Virus record (IMG/VR): IMGVR_UViG_3300020375_000005
Location: 1 to 29,957 of that record
Strand: one strand, 5' to 3'
DNA: 29,957 bases
Source of the DNA: a virus
Taxonomy: Duplodnaviria; Caudoviricetes
The number at the start of each line of letters is the position of its first letter. The stretch's first letter is position 1. The position numbers were made by a program, and so were the translations under genes. Under the pieces are notes generated by a model, which did not search any database, had not been told where the DNA came from, and was given only the letters and a program-made list of their open reading frames with translations. This document shows, piece by piece, positions 17,702 through 27,749 of this stretch.

Positions 17702-19860
17702 TATCCTGCTTCGTTAGTTGTGTAGTGAACCGCTAAATTCCCCAATTTAGCTGGCCCTTCTTGAGTATTCTCCAACTTCAATGCTAGATGCGTTGATGTT
17801 GTTGAAAGACCGACTCTGCCTAGTCCGTATGTGACTTTATTTAGTGTTGCCGCTATTTCGTTAGTTTCAATATCCGTTGGATCAGAAGCAACTTTTACTG
17901 TCCAAGTAGACTCACAAACTGCATCGATACCAGACCACATTTTATTAGTTGCTGGGGTGGTAGCATCTAAAAATGGAAGCTGGATTGTCACCGTGGAATC
18001 ATCAAATTGATCATCATTTTCGCCGCCGAGACTGTAAATTACGTTCCCGCTACGACAGAGAATTTGTTGTCCGTCAAATGCCCAATCTTCGATAACGAAG
18101 CCGGGTTCGTAAACAGACCATGCAGATACATTGCTACTTGGGAAGAAAGAAAAAACGTAAACCTTTAGTCCGATAGCCAGATAATATCTTCCTGACCGGG
18201 GGTCTAAAATTGCACACGCATCCTTGCCGTCCGCCCCATCTTCACGAATTGCTTGTTGCAGCAATTCGTCTATGGGGTTGCCAATATCAGAAACATACCC
18301 GGCATTACTTGAGTCCCTAGATTTTAAACTTCTTATACCTGAACGAGATAAATAAAATACATCAGAATCTCCAATTGCTACAACACTCTTCGATGCAATT
18401 GTCCCTGTATTATTTAAAACCTGAACCATCTGAATCTTAGCGGGATCAGGATCAAAGAACCAAAGCTGGATACAGTCTTCTGCTAATATTGCTACATTCT
18501 CGTAGTATGTAGTCATTGCCATTAATTCTTCCGCATTCCTAGAATGATTGGAAAGAATTTGATAGCCTGATCCTAATTCGGGATCAGTCCCATTCGCTGT
18601 CCAATCGCCGGGATCATTAACCGCACACCATCGCCATGTTGATTCTTCTAAATTGTGGATGGCATATTTATTACTAAAGACATACCTTCCGCCCTGTTGA
18701 GCGGAGCTAACAGCCACTCCACCTCCAGCTGCTGCATCATCCGTACTTGTAACATCTCCTGTTTTACTCACGGCTAATACTAAACCGTTATTTTGTATCC
18801 CCGGCTCCGTAGCAATAATTACTACTTTTGTCCCTGCCACTTCTGCTTCCCATTCTGGAGTAGTTGCAGTTGTATTTATTTCATCTGCCAGTTTCTGTGC
18901 AGTATAAGTGTGAGATGTTTCCCAAAGTACAGGACTCCCAATAATTGATTTACCATCCATTTTTACATCAGTTATTGCGTTGTCTATACCTCCAGCAAAA
19001 TCAGCTGGGGAACTAATAGTAAAATCCCCTTCTAGTTCTTCTTCAACCGCTAACCCATTCGATCCTATCCCTTTTGTTCCCGCTGTTAGTGTCACAGTAT
19101 TAGTGACAACCGAAGCAGAATAATTAGGAGTGGTAGTTAGTGCAGTAATTGTGCTTGCAATATTAGCCGCAGTTGTATCATTATTTCCTGTATGAGCAAT
19201 AGGGGTTCCAAGAATGTCTATCCCATCTACACGAAGTGTCCTTAGATTATTCCCCGGTAGTGAAGTTCCCCCAGTAACAGAGAAACTTGTTGTTGCGGCA
19301 GTTCCTGTAGTTTGCGTTTCATCACCGCCAGTAATAGTAGAATTGGCCCTTGCCCTTCCGTCAAAAATTTCAACAATCCTATTAACTGGAGAACCCCCGG
19401 AAGAAGGGACACCGGGATCAGCTATAGTCCCCCAGTAATGTGAAATTTTCCCATCCTCAAATAATGCTGATACATACACTTTCCCATTAAACCAAGCCAC
19501 ACTCAATACTTCGCTCATGTGATATGCGCCAGCGGTAGGGGGTTGTCCCCACTTATGTTCCAGCTGGGTGTATGACAATTCGGCGGGTTGCCCCGACATA
19601 TCAACCGAGCCGGAAGGTAAACTGCCAAAAATGTACACCCTCCGTCCTCCTGCGGCCAACCCAAATGTATCGTCTGGGAGAGTGGCCCAGACCTTAAAGG
19701 CTTTTCTCTTCTCTATCTCGCCGCCCCTTGTGATGTGGGCATTTGTCAGGCCAGCTGTCCCTGAACTATCGTTCCCAAATAAACTACCGGGAACGCTAGT
19801 CACCGCAGTTCTGCGAGTATCTATTCCTGATTTAAAATCTTCAACTAATACATACGGCAC
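17701..19860 (-). CDS. Tail nozzle / tail tubular protein B-like protein with inserted tandem beta domains
   Basis: 719 aa; follows the adaptor; N-terminal DFKSGID..NAHITRGGEIEKRK; beta-propeller-like repeats (GTIASKSVV..DVFYLSRSGIRSL, AWSVY). Confidence 0.75.
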   Translation of the reverse strand: MPYVLVEDFKSGIDTRRTAVTSVPGSLFGNDSSGTAGLTNAHITRGGEIEKRKAFKVWATLPDDTFGLAAGGRRVYIFGSLPSGSVDMSGQPAELSYTQLEHKWGQPPTAGAYHMSEVLSVAWFNGKVYVSALFEDGKISHYWGTIADPGVPSSGGSPVNRIVEIFDGRARANSTITGGDETQTTGTAATTSFSVTGGTSLPGNNLRTLRVDGIDILGTPIAHTGNNDTTAANIASTITALTTTPNYSASVVTNTVTLTAGTKGIGSNGLAVEEELEGDFTISSPADFAGGIDNAITDVKMDGKSIIGSPVLWETSHTYTAQKLADEINTTATTPEWEAEVAGTKVVIIATEPGIQNNGLVLAVSKTGDVTSTDDAAAGGGVAVSSAQQGGRYVFSNKYAIHNLEESTWRWCAVNDPGDWTANGTDPELGSGYQILSNHSRNAEELMAMTTYYENVAILAEDCIQLWFFDPDPAKIQMVQVLNNTGTIASKSVVAIGDSDVFYLSRSGIRSLKSRDSSNAGYVSDIGNPIDELLQQAIREDGADGKDACAILDPRSGRYYLAIGLKVYVFSFFPSSNVSAWSVYEPGFVIEDWAFDGQQILCRSGNVIYSLGGENDDQFDDSTVTIQLPFLDATTPATNKMWSGIDAVCESTWTVKVASDPTDIETNEIAATLNKVTYGLGRVGLSTTSTHLALKLENTQEGPAKLGNLAVHYTTNEAG

Positions 19861-19862
19861 GG

Positions 19863-20570
19863 CTATCCTATCTGGTGAATCAAGAGTGGCCCCCTCGCTT
19901 TGTACTCAGTATCTTCACCCCCACCTAGAACTACCGGGGAAGTTTTTGACAGTCTCGCTTTTAATCTCTGATAATGCTGTTGTGCCTGTGCCATCTTCAG
20001 CTGTCCATCAGGACTCTTCTGTCGTGTCAATAATTCGCTGGAAGCATAAAGCACTAGCAGCTGGTCATCTAAATCCGCTGTATCCGAAAGGGCAACAAAT
20101 GTAGATAAATTGCCTGTGCCTTCTAGTCTTAAAAGTCCGTCCCCTGTAGTAGCATCAGCGTTTTGGCTAGGGACGGGCCACACCTCTATTTGTGCTAACC
20201 CGTATGCTGTCCACCGTTGCAACGGCCATGACCTTATATCTCTATCAGAATCATATATAGTATAATCTTCAGGGGTGATCCCGTAAGAAACGGGTTGCCA
20301 CATCCCCCCATATTTGAAGGAAGCCTTTTGTACACGCTCAAGGGTTATCCCGGCTGGCACATCATAATAACGTGATCCTGCCTGTATGCTTACATCCTTT
20401 TTAACTTGTAAAAAAGGCCAGCTAAAATCCTCCCAAAGACGGCGTTGCGTTCTCTGTAGAAGAGTAACCATCATATCCTGAGTCGCTTGCCCCATACTGG
20501 AGGAGATAGCGTGTCCAGACTCACTTCTTAAATCATCTAGCAGGACTTGGAGTGTAGTATTTCTTGCCAT
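19863..20570 (-). CDS. Head-tail adaptor / tail tubular protein A-like protein
   Basis: 235 aa; TLQVLLDDLR helix, WPFL, IEVWPVP, LLVLYA layout; syntenic position. Confidence 0.75.
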   Translation of the reverse strand: MARNTTLQVLLDDLRSESGHAISSSMGQATQDMMVTLLQRTQRRLWEDFSWPFLQVKKDVSIQAGSRYYDVPAGITLERVQKASFKYGGMWQPVSYGITPEDYTIYDSDRDIRSWPLQRWTAYGLAQIEVWPVPSQNADATTGDGLLRLEGTGNLSTFVALSDTADLDDQLLVLYASSELLTRQKSPDGQLKMAQAQQHYQRLKARLSKTSPVVLGGGEDTEYKARGPLLIHQIG

Positions 20571-20902
20571 TATTCTTTCTTCTTTTTCGGTGCATTAATT
20601 GGAGGAGTGAAAGTCTTCTCAAACAATTCTTTATTCAGTTTTAATTCCTTTATATCCATTGGCAGATCACCATAATTACCAAAAACTTGGCCAACTTTTG
20701 CTGCACTATAGATACTATTTAATCTTTCCCTTTCATCTACCGAATTTACATCTGCCTTACCTGACATTGCTATTTCTTTTACTGAACCTAATCCATGTAC
20801 ATGAATTAGAACACGAATCTCAGGTACTGTCAGTCCATCCTTTAAAATTACTGATCCTAAGTTTCCGTTTAGAGCCACATTAGCACGGTACATAGTTTCC
20901 AT
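20570..20902 (-). CDS. Hypothetical protein downstream of the capsid gene
   Basis: 110-aa ORF, TAATG-coupled to the adaptor gene. Confidence 0.75.
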   Translation of the reverse strand: METMYRANVALNGNLGSVILKDGLTVPEIRVLIHVHGLGSVKEIAMSGKADVNSVDERERLNSIYSAAKVGQVFGNYGDLPMDIKELKLNKELFEKTFTPPINAPKKKKE

Positions 20903-20925
20903 ATTACTTTTTCTAGTTAAGGTTA

Positions 20926-20945
20926 GGCAGCCCCGAAAGGCTGCC
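20926..20945 (-). terminator. GC-rich hairpin after the major capsid gene (weak terminator or mRNA stabiliser)
   Basis: GGCAGCC-TTTCGG-GGCTGCC, 14 nt after the stop; followed by TAACCTTAA rather than a U-run. Confidence 0.6.
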
Positions 20946-20959
20946 CGTTAAGTCAGGGT

Positions 20960-22012
20960 TTACTGAATTTCGTAAACGCCGTGACAGTTGTTTTGACTTG
21001 AACACAAAACAGCTGTGGTTGTAATTGCCTTATAAAACACATAGCTGAGATGCGATCTTGCGGGAGAGTGCTTTTTCATCTTCTCGTCCTGCATATACGC
21101 TAGGTATAGCTTGGACGGGTCAATGATGTAGCACCGCTTGTTACCGTCTTTCCCGGTGAGGTTAATGTCATCCAACTCAGGATCATACTGAAATGTGATC
21201 CCTTGATAGACCATTTCGCCCATCGAAAAATCCTGCTTGCCTGAGAACCCGGTTTGGGTATAGTTACCCTTTGCTCTCAATTGCGCTGCAAGACGATCCA
21301 GAAAAGCGGAACCGCAAACTGCTATTGAAGGTTTCCCCCCATAGCGGCGCAGAAGCCGAACTTCTGAATGAATCAGATCAGTTAATTCTGATCCAGAAAC
21401 AGTAGTTGCAATTGAAACATTAGCACGGTTTCTCCACCATGTATTTGCTACATGGTCAATCCCGCCGATTGTTCCTGCGGAACCGGGAGCTTCCTTTATA
21501 ATAGTCTGGATGCCTTGGAGTGCTTTCGCATCCCCACTTCCATCACCATAAAGTAAGCTGTTCATTCCACGGGCATAACCTTCCGCCATATCTTCCAACT
21601 TATCGTCAAGAAGATTTACCAGAACAGTTTTGTCCCTGCCGGAAAGTCTCTTGGCAGAATCACCGGGGATTGCTGAATCAGTAATACTAATTCCGTCATT
21701 TTTCAACTCCGTCATAGTAACTGCTATACCAGCATGGTGTTCCTTCCAAGCGTACTTAGCCCGCATGATGTTATGCGGATTCGCATAATTGACGGAATCT
21801 TCCGCCTCGTAGCCCTCGACCGTAGTTGTATAGTTTCCCTTGACTGCTACGTCAACTTGGCCTTTTCCTCCGGGGAACGTCTTTGCCGCCTTATCCATCG
21901 CTGCGAATAAAGGGCGATCTTGTATTGACTGACTCATAACATTGCCTCGATCAATGTACCAATCGAGAGCAGCGTTGCTAATGTTGGTCAGTTCGTTTGC
22001 TGTTAATGCCAT
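20960..22012 (-). CDS. Major capsid protein
   Basis: 350 aa; strong AAGGAG RBS; follows portal and scaffold; LYGDGS..ALQGI..GTIGGID..WWRN pattern; downstream hairpin. Confidence 0.88.
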   Translation of the reverse strand: MALTANELTNISNAALDWYIDRGNVMSQSIQDRPLFAAMDKAAKTFPGGKGQVDVAVKGNYTTTVEGYEAEDSVNYANPHNIMRAKYAWKEHHAGIAVTMTELKNDGISITDSAIPGDSAKRLSGRDKTVLVNLLDDKLEDMAEGYARGMNSLLYGDGSGDAKALQGIQTIIKEAPGSAGTIGGIDHVANTWWRNRANVSIATTVSGSELTDLIHSEVRLLRRYGGKPSIAVCGSAFLDRLAAQLRAKGNYTQTGFSGKQDFSMGEMVYQGITFQYDPELDDINLTGKDGNKRCYIIDPSKLYLAYMQDEKMKKHSPARSHLSYVFYKAITTTAVLCSSQNNCHGVYEIQ

Positions 22013-22043
22013 ATTGGCTCCTTAATTAATTTAGCGGATTCCA

Positions 22044-23039
22044 CTAAGAATTTTCGTAAGCCATTGTGATTGCATCACTTAATGACTTAGCTTCTGTTCG
22101 TGGCGCACCGCTGAGTTTACCACCTGTTGCCGTGCGTAACTGCGTTGGTTGAGGTTGTCTAGCCTTAAATCTATCATTAACAGTTTCATAGGCATCTTCT
22201 ACAATGCTCATAACTTCTGTTTGATTATTAGGCCGTCCACGCTCGGACACTAACGCAACAACACGGTCATTAAATTCTTCCTGTTTGAGACTAAAATCAG
22301 GGTCTTTAGCTAGAGTTGTTTCACCCCATGACTGAAGAGCCGTACCCATTATATCGCTTTGGGTCTTCATATTCCGGCCTTCATTCTTGGCGGCATCTTG
22401 CTTACGCAAAGCCTGTTCTCTTACGAGACTTGCTCTTGCTTGGCTCAACTCCTTTGCTGCATCCTCGTCAATAAAACCGTCATCGACCTTTGCCTGAATA
22501 TCATCAGGTAAAACTCTTCCTGTGATTTTAGATACATTATTCAAATGGTGGTCAAGCATTTTATATGCTTGGTTTGGATCATTCCTGATCGCCGCCATTA
22601 TTTTAAAACCCTCTACTGCATCTTTCGCAGTAAGATTGTTCCTGTCAATGAAGCCAGTTATTTTTGAATACTGTTCCGAATCATTTTGTAGTTTTGCCGC
22701 AGTTTCTTTTAGCTCGTTCTTTTCGGCTACGAGTTTCCGAAAACGTGGATGTTTGTTAAACGGAATGTCCTTATAATCATCTGATGGTGTTTCCTCAGAA
22801 GATTCAATGGGTTCCGCAACCTCTGTTGTCTCTTCAGTAGTTTCAGCTTCTACTTCATCTGGCGGTTGAAATGCATCCTGCACCGCTTCCGCTAGAGTCT
22901 GTGTCTTTTCGGCTTCAACTTCCGTGGTATCAGACGGGGATACCGTGTCTTCCGCAACTTGTTCTGTGGTAGACTCGTCAACTTGTTGTTCTTCAGAAGG
23001 GGGGGACGAGTCCACTTCCTGACTTTCTTCTTCAGCCAT
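22044..23039 (-). CDS. Capsid scaffolding protein
   Basis: Very acidic disordered N-terminus, PFNKHPRF followed by coiled coil, short C-terminal helix; between portal and capsid. Confidence 0.8.
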   Translation of the reverse strand: MAEEESQEVDSSPPSEEQQVDESTTEQVAEDTVSPSDTTEVEAEKTQTLAEAVQDAFQPPDEVEAETTEETTEVAEPIESSEETPSDDYKDIPFNKHPRFRKLVAEKNELKETAAKLQNDSEQYSKITGFIDRNNLTAKDAVEGFKIMAAIRNDPNQAYKMLDHHLNNVSKITGRVLPDDIQAKVDDGFIDEDAAKELSQARASLVREQALRKQDAAKNEGRNMKTQSDIMGTALQSWGETTLAKDPDFSLKQEEFNDRVVALVSERGRPNNQTEVMSIVEDAYETVNDRFKARQPQPTQLRTATGGKLSGAPRTEAKSLSDAITMAYENS

Positions 23040-23057
23040 GATACGTCCTTTTAAGTG

Positions 23058-25139
23058 TTAAATATTAACCCCTATTCCGGGTGGTTTCCCACCTCCGGGG
23101 GGTCTTGGTAATGGGGCATTAGTACCCCCTTGACTACCTTGAGCTTCGGGAGGTTGCCCCCCTCTAGCTTGTGCTTGGGCCTTTGCACCCTGCATCATAT
23201 TCTGTGCTACAATCGAAGGAAGTTTTTCTACAATTGCTTCTGTCAAATCTAATTTATCATCCAAACGCTTGAGTAATTCCCTGCCAAGAAATTTCGGATC
23301 AATACCGGGAATCTGGATCAAGAATGGAATTATGCGCTCAATGTTCTGTAGCTCAATTGCTTTGTTGGGTTTGCCCGTGCTACCAGCTTCAATGTGCAGA
23401 TAAATCTCGTTAAGAACATCTTCCTTCTTAAACTCAGGCCAGACGGCTCCCGGCCCACAAATTGATATAACCTCTTCCTTACTCATTTCCAAGAGTAAAA
23501 CTTGTCCAGCTGCTCGGGTTATCTCGCTCATGAACGAGTCAAGATCATCGATGTTTGCGCCAATGGCAGACATACGGGATGATTCTGCAATAGAAGTTTC
23601 AGTCGCAGTTCCTTTAGAAACCTGACCGAAATTAGCTTCTTGCTGACCAACGACCAGCTGAACATCATCGAATATTGTTTTTACTTCATATAGGTTTGGA
23701 TCGATGCCAATTTGTTTGACAGGCTGTAATACATCATCCACCTTTTGTCCTGAAGCTAGTGCCTGTAATTCCAAGACTGAATTTGCAGGAGGATTCCTTA
23801 ATTTTTCCTTATCCTCCTCCTCCAACATTCCTGCGGGGGTTGCATACTTTGGCCTGTTCGCCCGTCTATGTTCTCTTAATCCCTGTCTGGCACGATTATA
23901 CTCATGCTGCATTGGAGCAAGAAGTTTAATATCAGACGGAGGGTACAGTAGGTCTTTGTGTTCAATCTCGTTGAAGCACAATGAGAAAAAAGGCCAGAAT
24001 GTTTCAAGTTTTATCGGTGGACTATCCGGCTCAGTCAGAAAATCGTTGTGACCATCACAAACTACATAAAGCAATCCTGCATTCTTATCGTATATTTCCC
24101 AAACTAATGCTAACCCTTCCCGTGGGTTGTCCAGACTACTGCCAAAATAACTATGATGTGATGTACCTGTAGATTCGTTCCCCTTCATGTCGTATGCTAA
24201 AAATTTGTCCTTCACATCCACATCATATATCTCCTTTATTTCTTCAGGAGAAAGATATAATTCATGCGCTACCCAATTTGCCCCAACAAAACCACGAAGC
24301 TGTCTGCACATGGGGTCAACTATAATTGAATCACATTCAGGAAAATCGAAAACCAACCCTTCCTGAATAATTGATAATGGTTCATTTTGTAATGCTTCAA
24401 GTGAAAGCATTAGCTCTTCCATCTCTTTATCATCTTGCCCAATATCACCCTTTTCTGCTTCCTCTGCTATCCTCCTGAGATGATCGACTTGCGCCTGTAC
24501 ATCAGATATTTTAGAGGAAATATCTGGTAGTCTATCAACGTCCCTTTGATAGCCTACCTTAACAAATCCAACTGAAGTAGTAATAACCCTGCGAACTAGA
24601 GCCTTCATTTGGGATTTAAACGTGGGATGTTGCTCGTCCATGAAATATTCAAAAAGCATCACAAGACATTCCGCAACTTTATCAAACTGTTTGCGCTCAA
24701 CTTTTACGTTTTTATAATCTTCTTCAACTGCAACATCTTGGGGATTAGGTGGCATCCCCTGCATCTTCGCTTTTGCAAGATTGTTGAGTGCTTCCTTCAT
24801 TGTCTCTTCGGAGCCATCCCAAACACGGTAATCCATGCGCTTTCTTCTTTGAGCTACCGCCTTGGGGTTCTTGGCGTAGAGGGCCGAAGTTCGCTGTGCA
24901 ACGTGTCTTTGCAAGATATTGGCAACGTACCTTTCATCGTCCCAATGTGTCCCGCTGTATCCCTTAGACACAGCATCCATATCGACTTTCATTTGCCGGA
25001 AAGCCTTTTCGTGATACTCCTTTGCGTTGTGGACACGTTCAATCAGATGAGATACAAGAGCTTCCCTCCGGGTGGTGGGTTCTGTATCCTCTTCCTCTTC
25101 AACAACTGCAACTTCTAATTGTTCAATTTCAATAGCCAT
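23058..25139 (-). CDS. Portal protein
   Basis: 693 aa directly after TerL; SVGFVKVGY, IIVDP, WEIYDK, TATE, IEAGST motifs and Gln/Pro/Gly tail typical of P22-like portals. Confidence 0.88.
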   Translation of the reverse strand: MAIEIEQLEVAVVEEEEDTEPTTRREALVSHLIERVHNAKEYHEKAFRQMKVDMDAVSKGYSGTHWDDERYVANILQRHVAQRTSALYAKNPKAVAQRRKRMDYRVWDGSEETMKEALNNLAKAKMQGMPPNPQDVAVEEDYKNVKVERKQFDKVAECLVMLFEYFMDEQHPTFKSQMKALVRRVITTSVGFVKVGYQRDVDRLPDISSKISDVQAQVDHLRRIAEEAEKGDIGQDDKEMEELMLSLEALQNEPLSIIQEGLVFDFPECDSIIVDPMCRQLRGFVGANWVAHELYLSPEEIKEIYDVDVKDKFLAYDMKGNESTGTSHHSYFGSSLDNPREGLALVWEIYDKNAGLLYVVCDGHNDFLTEPDSPPIKLETFWPFFSLCFNEIEHKDLLYPPSDIKLLAPMQHEYNRARQGLREHRRANRPKYATPAGMLEEEDKEKLRNPPANSVLELQALASGQKVDDVLQPVKQIGIDPNLYEVKTIFDDVQLVVGQQEANFGQVSKGTATETSIAESSRMSAIGANIDDLDSFMSEITRAAGQVLLLEMSKEEVISICGPGAVWPEFKKEDVLNEIYLHIEAGSTGKPNKAIELQNIERIIPFLIQIPGIDPKFLGRELLKRLDDKLDLTEAIVEKLPSIVAQNMMQGAKAQAQARGGQPPEAQGSQGGTNAPLPRPPGGGKPPGIGVNI

Positions 25140-26720
25140 TTAAAAACCTGATGATAATTGCTTACTTTGCTGTAAATCCATTGTTGTCTGCCATTTTACC
25201 CATTCTATAGTTCCAACCTTCGGAGACAACCCCCCAATAACTTTTAGTTTTCCGCCGGGTGAATGCAGCTGACCTAACCCCATCCCAATCCAAGCCAGAG
25301 TATCCACAAAATCATCGTGTCTTGAATTAGGGAATTTTAACAATTCATCTACTGCCTTTTGCCCCCATGCAGATACTTTAGGAAAGTAGACTTTCTTCAT
25401 TGCCATACGCCCGATAATAGACTGTGACCTTTGAACTTTATTCGCTACTGGTGTTACTTCTTCAATTCTGCAATGAGTTTTTGTTTCAAACATTCTCTTC
25501 CGCAGGAACGGCCCGATGGCTTTTGTAATGTGTCCCCGCTCCGCCCACCAGATCAAAGGCTTATGTCTCCGCATAAATTCAAGCATTGCCTTAACCACTA
25601 TGTCGCTTGGCTGCCTTGACCACCAGCAATCTATTAAATATATGTCCTCTTGGTCATCCACCCCTACAACTAAAAGGCAAGTTAAATCGTGCCTTGTCTT
25701 GTCAATTCCCACAGCATGATCACTAGCAGCATAAATCCTTAAGTCTTTCGGAAGGTTTCTCTTTTCATAATATTGTATGTTATCCCGCTGGAACAAATCT
25801 CCATCTTCAGGTGAGGGGTTTTGCTGATACAGCGCAGAAAAACCACGGGCATCTAAGTTCCTTTGTGCTTCCAGAAAATCTTTATTGAATCTTTCCGGCC
25901 ACAATACTTCCCCCTCTTTCCTTTTTAGCGGGTCATTATCCCCAGCAAAAGCAGGAAGATTTATTATCTTCCATTTACGGCACTCCTCTTCTGTGTAATG
26001 TGGATTTGCCGGGTCTGTCAATCTTCCAACTAAATCATCCTCATGCCAGCGGGTAGTAACCACTACCACCTTTGATCGCTCCGTCATCAGTCTGGTCATA
26101 AATACTTGTGTGAACCATGACCAGAGATTTTCCCGTAAAGTCGGAGACATTGCCTCCACACTATCTTTGATAGGATCATCGACAATAAGTACATCCCCAC
26201 CACGGCCTGTAATAGAGCCACCACGACCAACGAAAACCGCCATCCCGCCATTATCAGTCTGGATTCTGGACTTGCTGGCTCCTCCTTGTCTGAATTTAAA
26301 CTTGGGGAACACTTGCGAGAATTGCGGCATTGACATGATCGCTCGGCAATCCGCCCCAAAATCCTGTCCAAAGTCTTCATTGTAAGTTGCAAAAATAATT
26401 GAAGAGTACGGGTCTTTCCCCATCAACCACGGGATAAAACGCCTTGATACCATCTCTGACTTCCCGTGCCTTGGTGGAAGAGTAACGATCAACCGTTTTA
26501 TGTTCCCCTTTGCAACCTTTTCTAGTGCCAAGGCAATAGCTTTGTGATGCCTTGCCGCCTTAAATACAGATTCCTCAATGTTATTCGGAGCCGCAACAGT
26601 TGGCATTGTGAACTTAATAAACTTTAAAAAATTGGTCTTGCATTCCAAGGCCAACTTCTGCCGCTTCGCAGCTGCTATCTGTCTTTCAATCTCCTCTAGC
26701 TTACTTAGTTCCTCTGCCAT
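25140..26720 (-). CDS. terL: Terminase large subunit
   Basis: LPPRHGKS Walker A, ITGRGGDVLIVDDP Walker B, TRWHEDDL, ALYQQNP, YAASD and HDDFVD nuclease motifs. Confidence 0.96.
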   Translation of the reverse strand: MAEELSKLEEIERQIAAAKRQKLALECKTNFLKFIKFTMPTVAAPNNIEESVFKAARHHKAIALALEKVAKGNIKRLIVTLPPRHGKSEMVSRRFIPWLMGKDPYSSIIFATYNEDFGQDFGADCRAIMSMPQFSQVFPKFKFRQGGASKSRIQTDNGGMAVFVGRGGSITGRGGDVLIVDDPIKDSVEAMSPTLRENLWSWFTQVFMTRLMTERSKVVVVTTRWHEDDLVGRLTDPANPHYTEEECRKWKIINLPAFAGDNDPLKRKEGEVLWPERFNKDFLEAQRNLDARGFSALYQQNPSPEDGDLFQRDNIQYYEKRNLPKDLRIYAASDHAVGIDKTRHDLTCLLVVGVDDQEDIYLIDCWWSRQPSDIVVKAMLEFMRRHKPLIWWAERGHITKAIGPFLRKRMFETKTHCRIEEVTPVANKVQRSQSIIGRMAMKKVYFPKVSAWGQKAVDELLKFPNSRHDDFVDTLAWIGMGLGQLHSPGGKLKVIGGLSPKVGTIEWVKWQTTMDLQQSKQLSSGF

Positions 26721-26788
26721 CCCTCTTTTTTACCTTGACTATGTAGCATCTGTATCCGGGTATCCTGTAAGTAAGCAAGGTTTCCACC

Positions 26789-27130
26789 TTATATTGTCTG
26801 GACTTCAGGCTTAACATTACAAACCTTGATTAGCTTCTGCCCCATTGCCCTAGTTTCGTTATCAGAAAGTATGTTAATCCTCCTGTGAGGATGGGCTGCT
26901 CTCATTTCATCGAGATAACAATCGCACATCTGGCCAACTAAAAACGGTGGTGTCAGGGGAGCTTTCAGCTGAAAATTCTTCACACAGAACGCCCACATTG
27001 AGCGCAGTTGGGCCGCCGGATAATCCCCATGAAACGGAGGAGTGATCAGCGGTGTTTTGTTGCAGCTTGAAGTCAGGAGTAAAATCGCAAACAAGGCCGC
27101 TATCAAGAGTAAGTTCAATTTCAAATTCAC
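26789..27130 (-). CDS. Putative lipoprotein (113 aa)
   Basis: GTG start coupled to the upstream TAG; signal peptide ending LLLTSS-C; four further Cys including CDC. Confidence 0.65.
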   Translation of the reverse strand: MNLKLNLLLIAALFAILLLTSSCNKTPLITPPFHGDYPAAQLRSMWAFCVKNFQLKAPLTPPFLVGQMCDCYLDEMRAAHPHRRINILSDNETRAMGQKLIKVCNVKPEVQTI

Positions 27131-27294
27131 TATCTTCCATCACAGTTTTTGGAATGAAAGGGTGGCTCTGACTCTACGCATTGCCACCCTGAAACATTTC
27201 TTGAGTATCCATCCTTCCAGAACCCCAGTTCCCTTGTTGATCCCATCACCGAGCATCCAGAGATTATAACTGTTATTAATATTGCCCATATCAT
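27130..27294 (-). CDS. Small lipoprotein (54 aa), o-spanin candidate
   Basis: Not in the track. MIWAILITVIISGCSVMGSTRELGFWKDGYSRNVSGWQCVESEPPFHSKNCDGR; ISG-C lipobox; TGATG and TAGTG one-base overlaps with both neighbours. Confidence 0.72.
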   Translation of the reverse strand: MIWAILITVIISGCSVMGSTRELGFWKDGYSRNVSGWQCVESEPPFHSKNCDGR

Positions 27295-27686
27295 CAGTAT
27301 GTCCAGACGGCGGGTAAAGAAAAGTCAACTCCACGATTGTCCAAATGTATGAAGCGTTTGGGTCTATCCCCACGCAAAGCTAGGCCCAGACCTGTAAAGC
27401 CTATGTCTTGGGCTTGTTTTATTAATTGCAGCGTTTTTGTTGTGGTCACATGGCCCACCAAAATGTCTACCGCTTTCCCGTATGTATGAATCCCAGCTTT
27501 CGATTTTTTATAGCTTGACACGTTAGCATCGTGCTTTTCACAACGCCTTGCGCTGGAAATACGAAAAGCAAATCCAGCTTCTTCTCTCAAGGCTTGGAGC
27601 ATCTTCATAAAATCCCCATCCATGTCACTCTTGCCGCAGCAAGAACAGGCCATCTCGTCCGTACTAAAATTTGGTGTAATAAGCAT
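27294..27686 (-). CDS. Endolysin, peptidase M15A family
   Basis: NFSTDEMACSCCG, ISSARRC, HTYGKAVDI, FIHLDNR, terminal WTY: H-D-H zinc ligands of M15 peptidases. Confidence 0.92.
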   Translation of the reverse strand: MLITPNFSTDEMACSCCGKSDMDGDFMKMLQALREEAGFAFRISSARRCEKHDANVSSYKKSKAGIHTYGKAVDILVGHVTTTKTLQLIKQAQDIGFTGLGLALRGDRPKRFIHLDNRGVDFSLPAVWTY

Positions 27687-27749
27687 AGTTAGTCCTACGA
27701 TAGTAATCTCACAAAATTTACGCCGCCGTAATATAGTACCTTTACGGTG

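Noticed and set aside
20946-20975. Programmed frameshift extending the capsid protein (T7 10B-like)
   Set aside because: No slippery sequence seen before the TAA.
26907-27143. 78-aa acidic ORF overlapping the 113-aa lipoprotein out of frame (Rz/Rz1-like nesting?)
   Set aside because: No TM helix, lipobox or convincing RBS; not fully excluded without homologue comparison.
27140-27373. 77-aa minus-strand ORF from the track
   Set aside because: Overlaps the endolysin by 80 nt; the 54-aa lipoprotein frame fits the gap exactly, with coupled start and stop and a lipobox.
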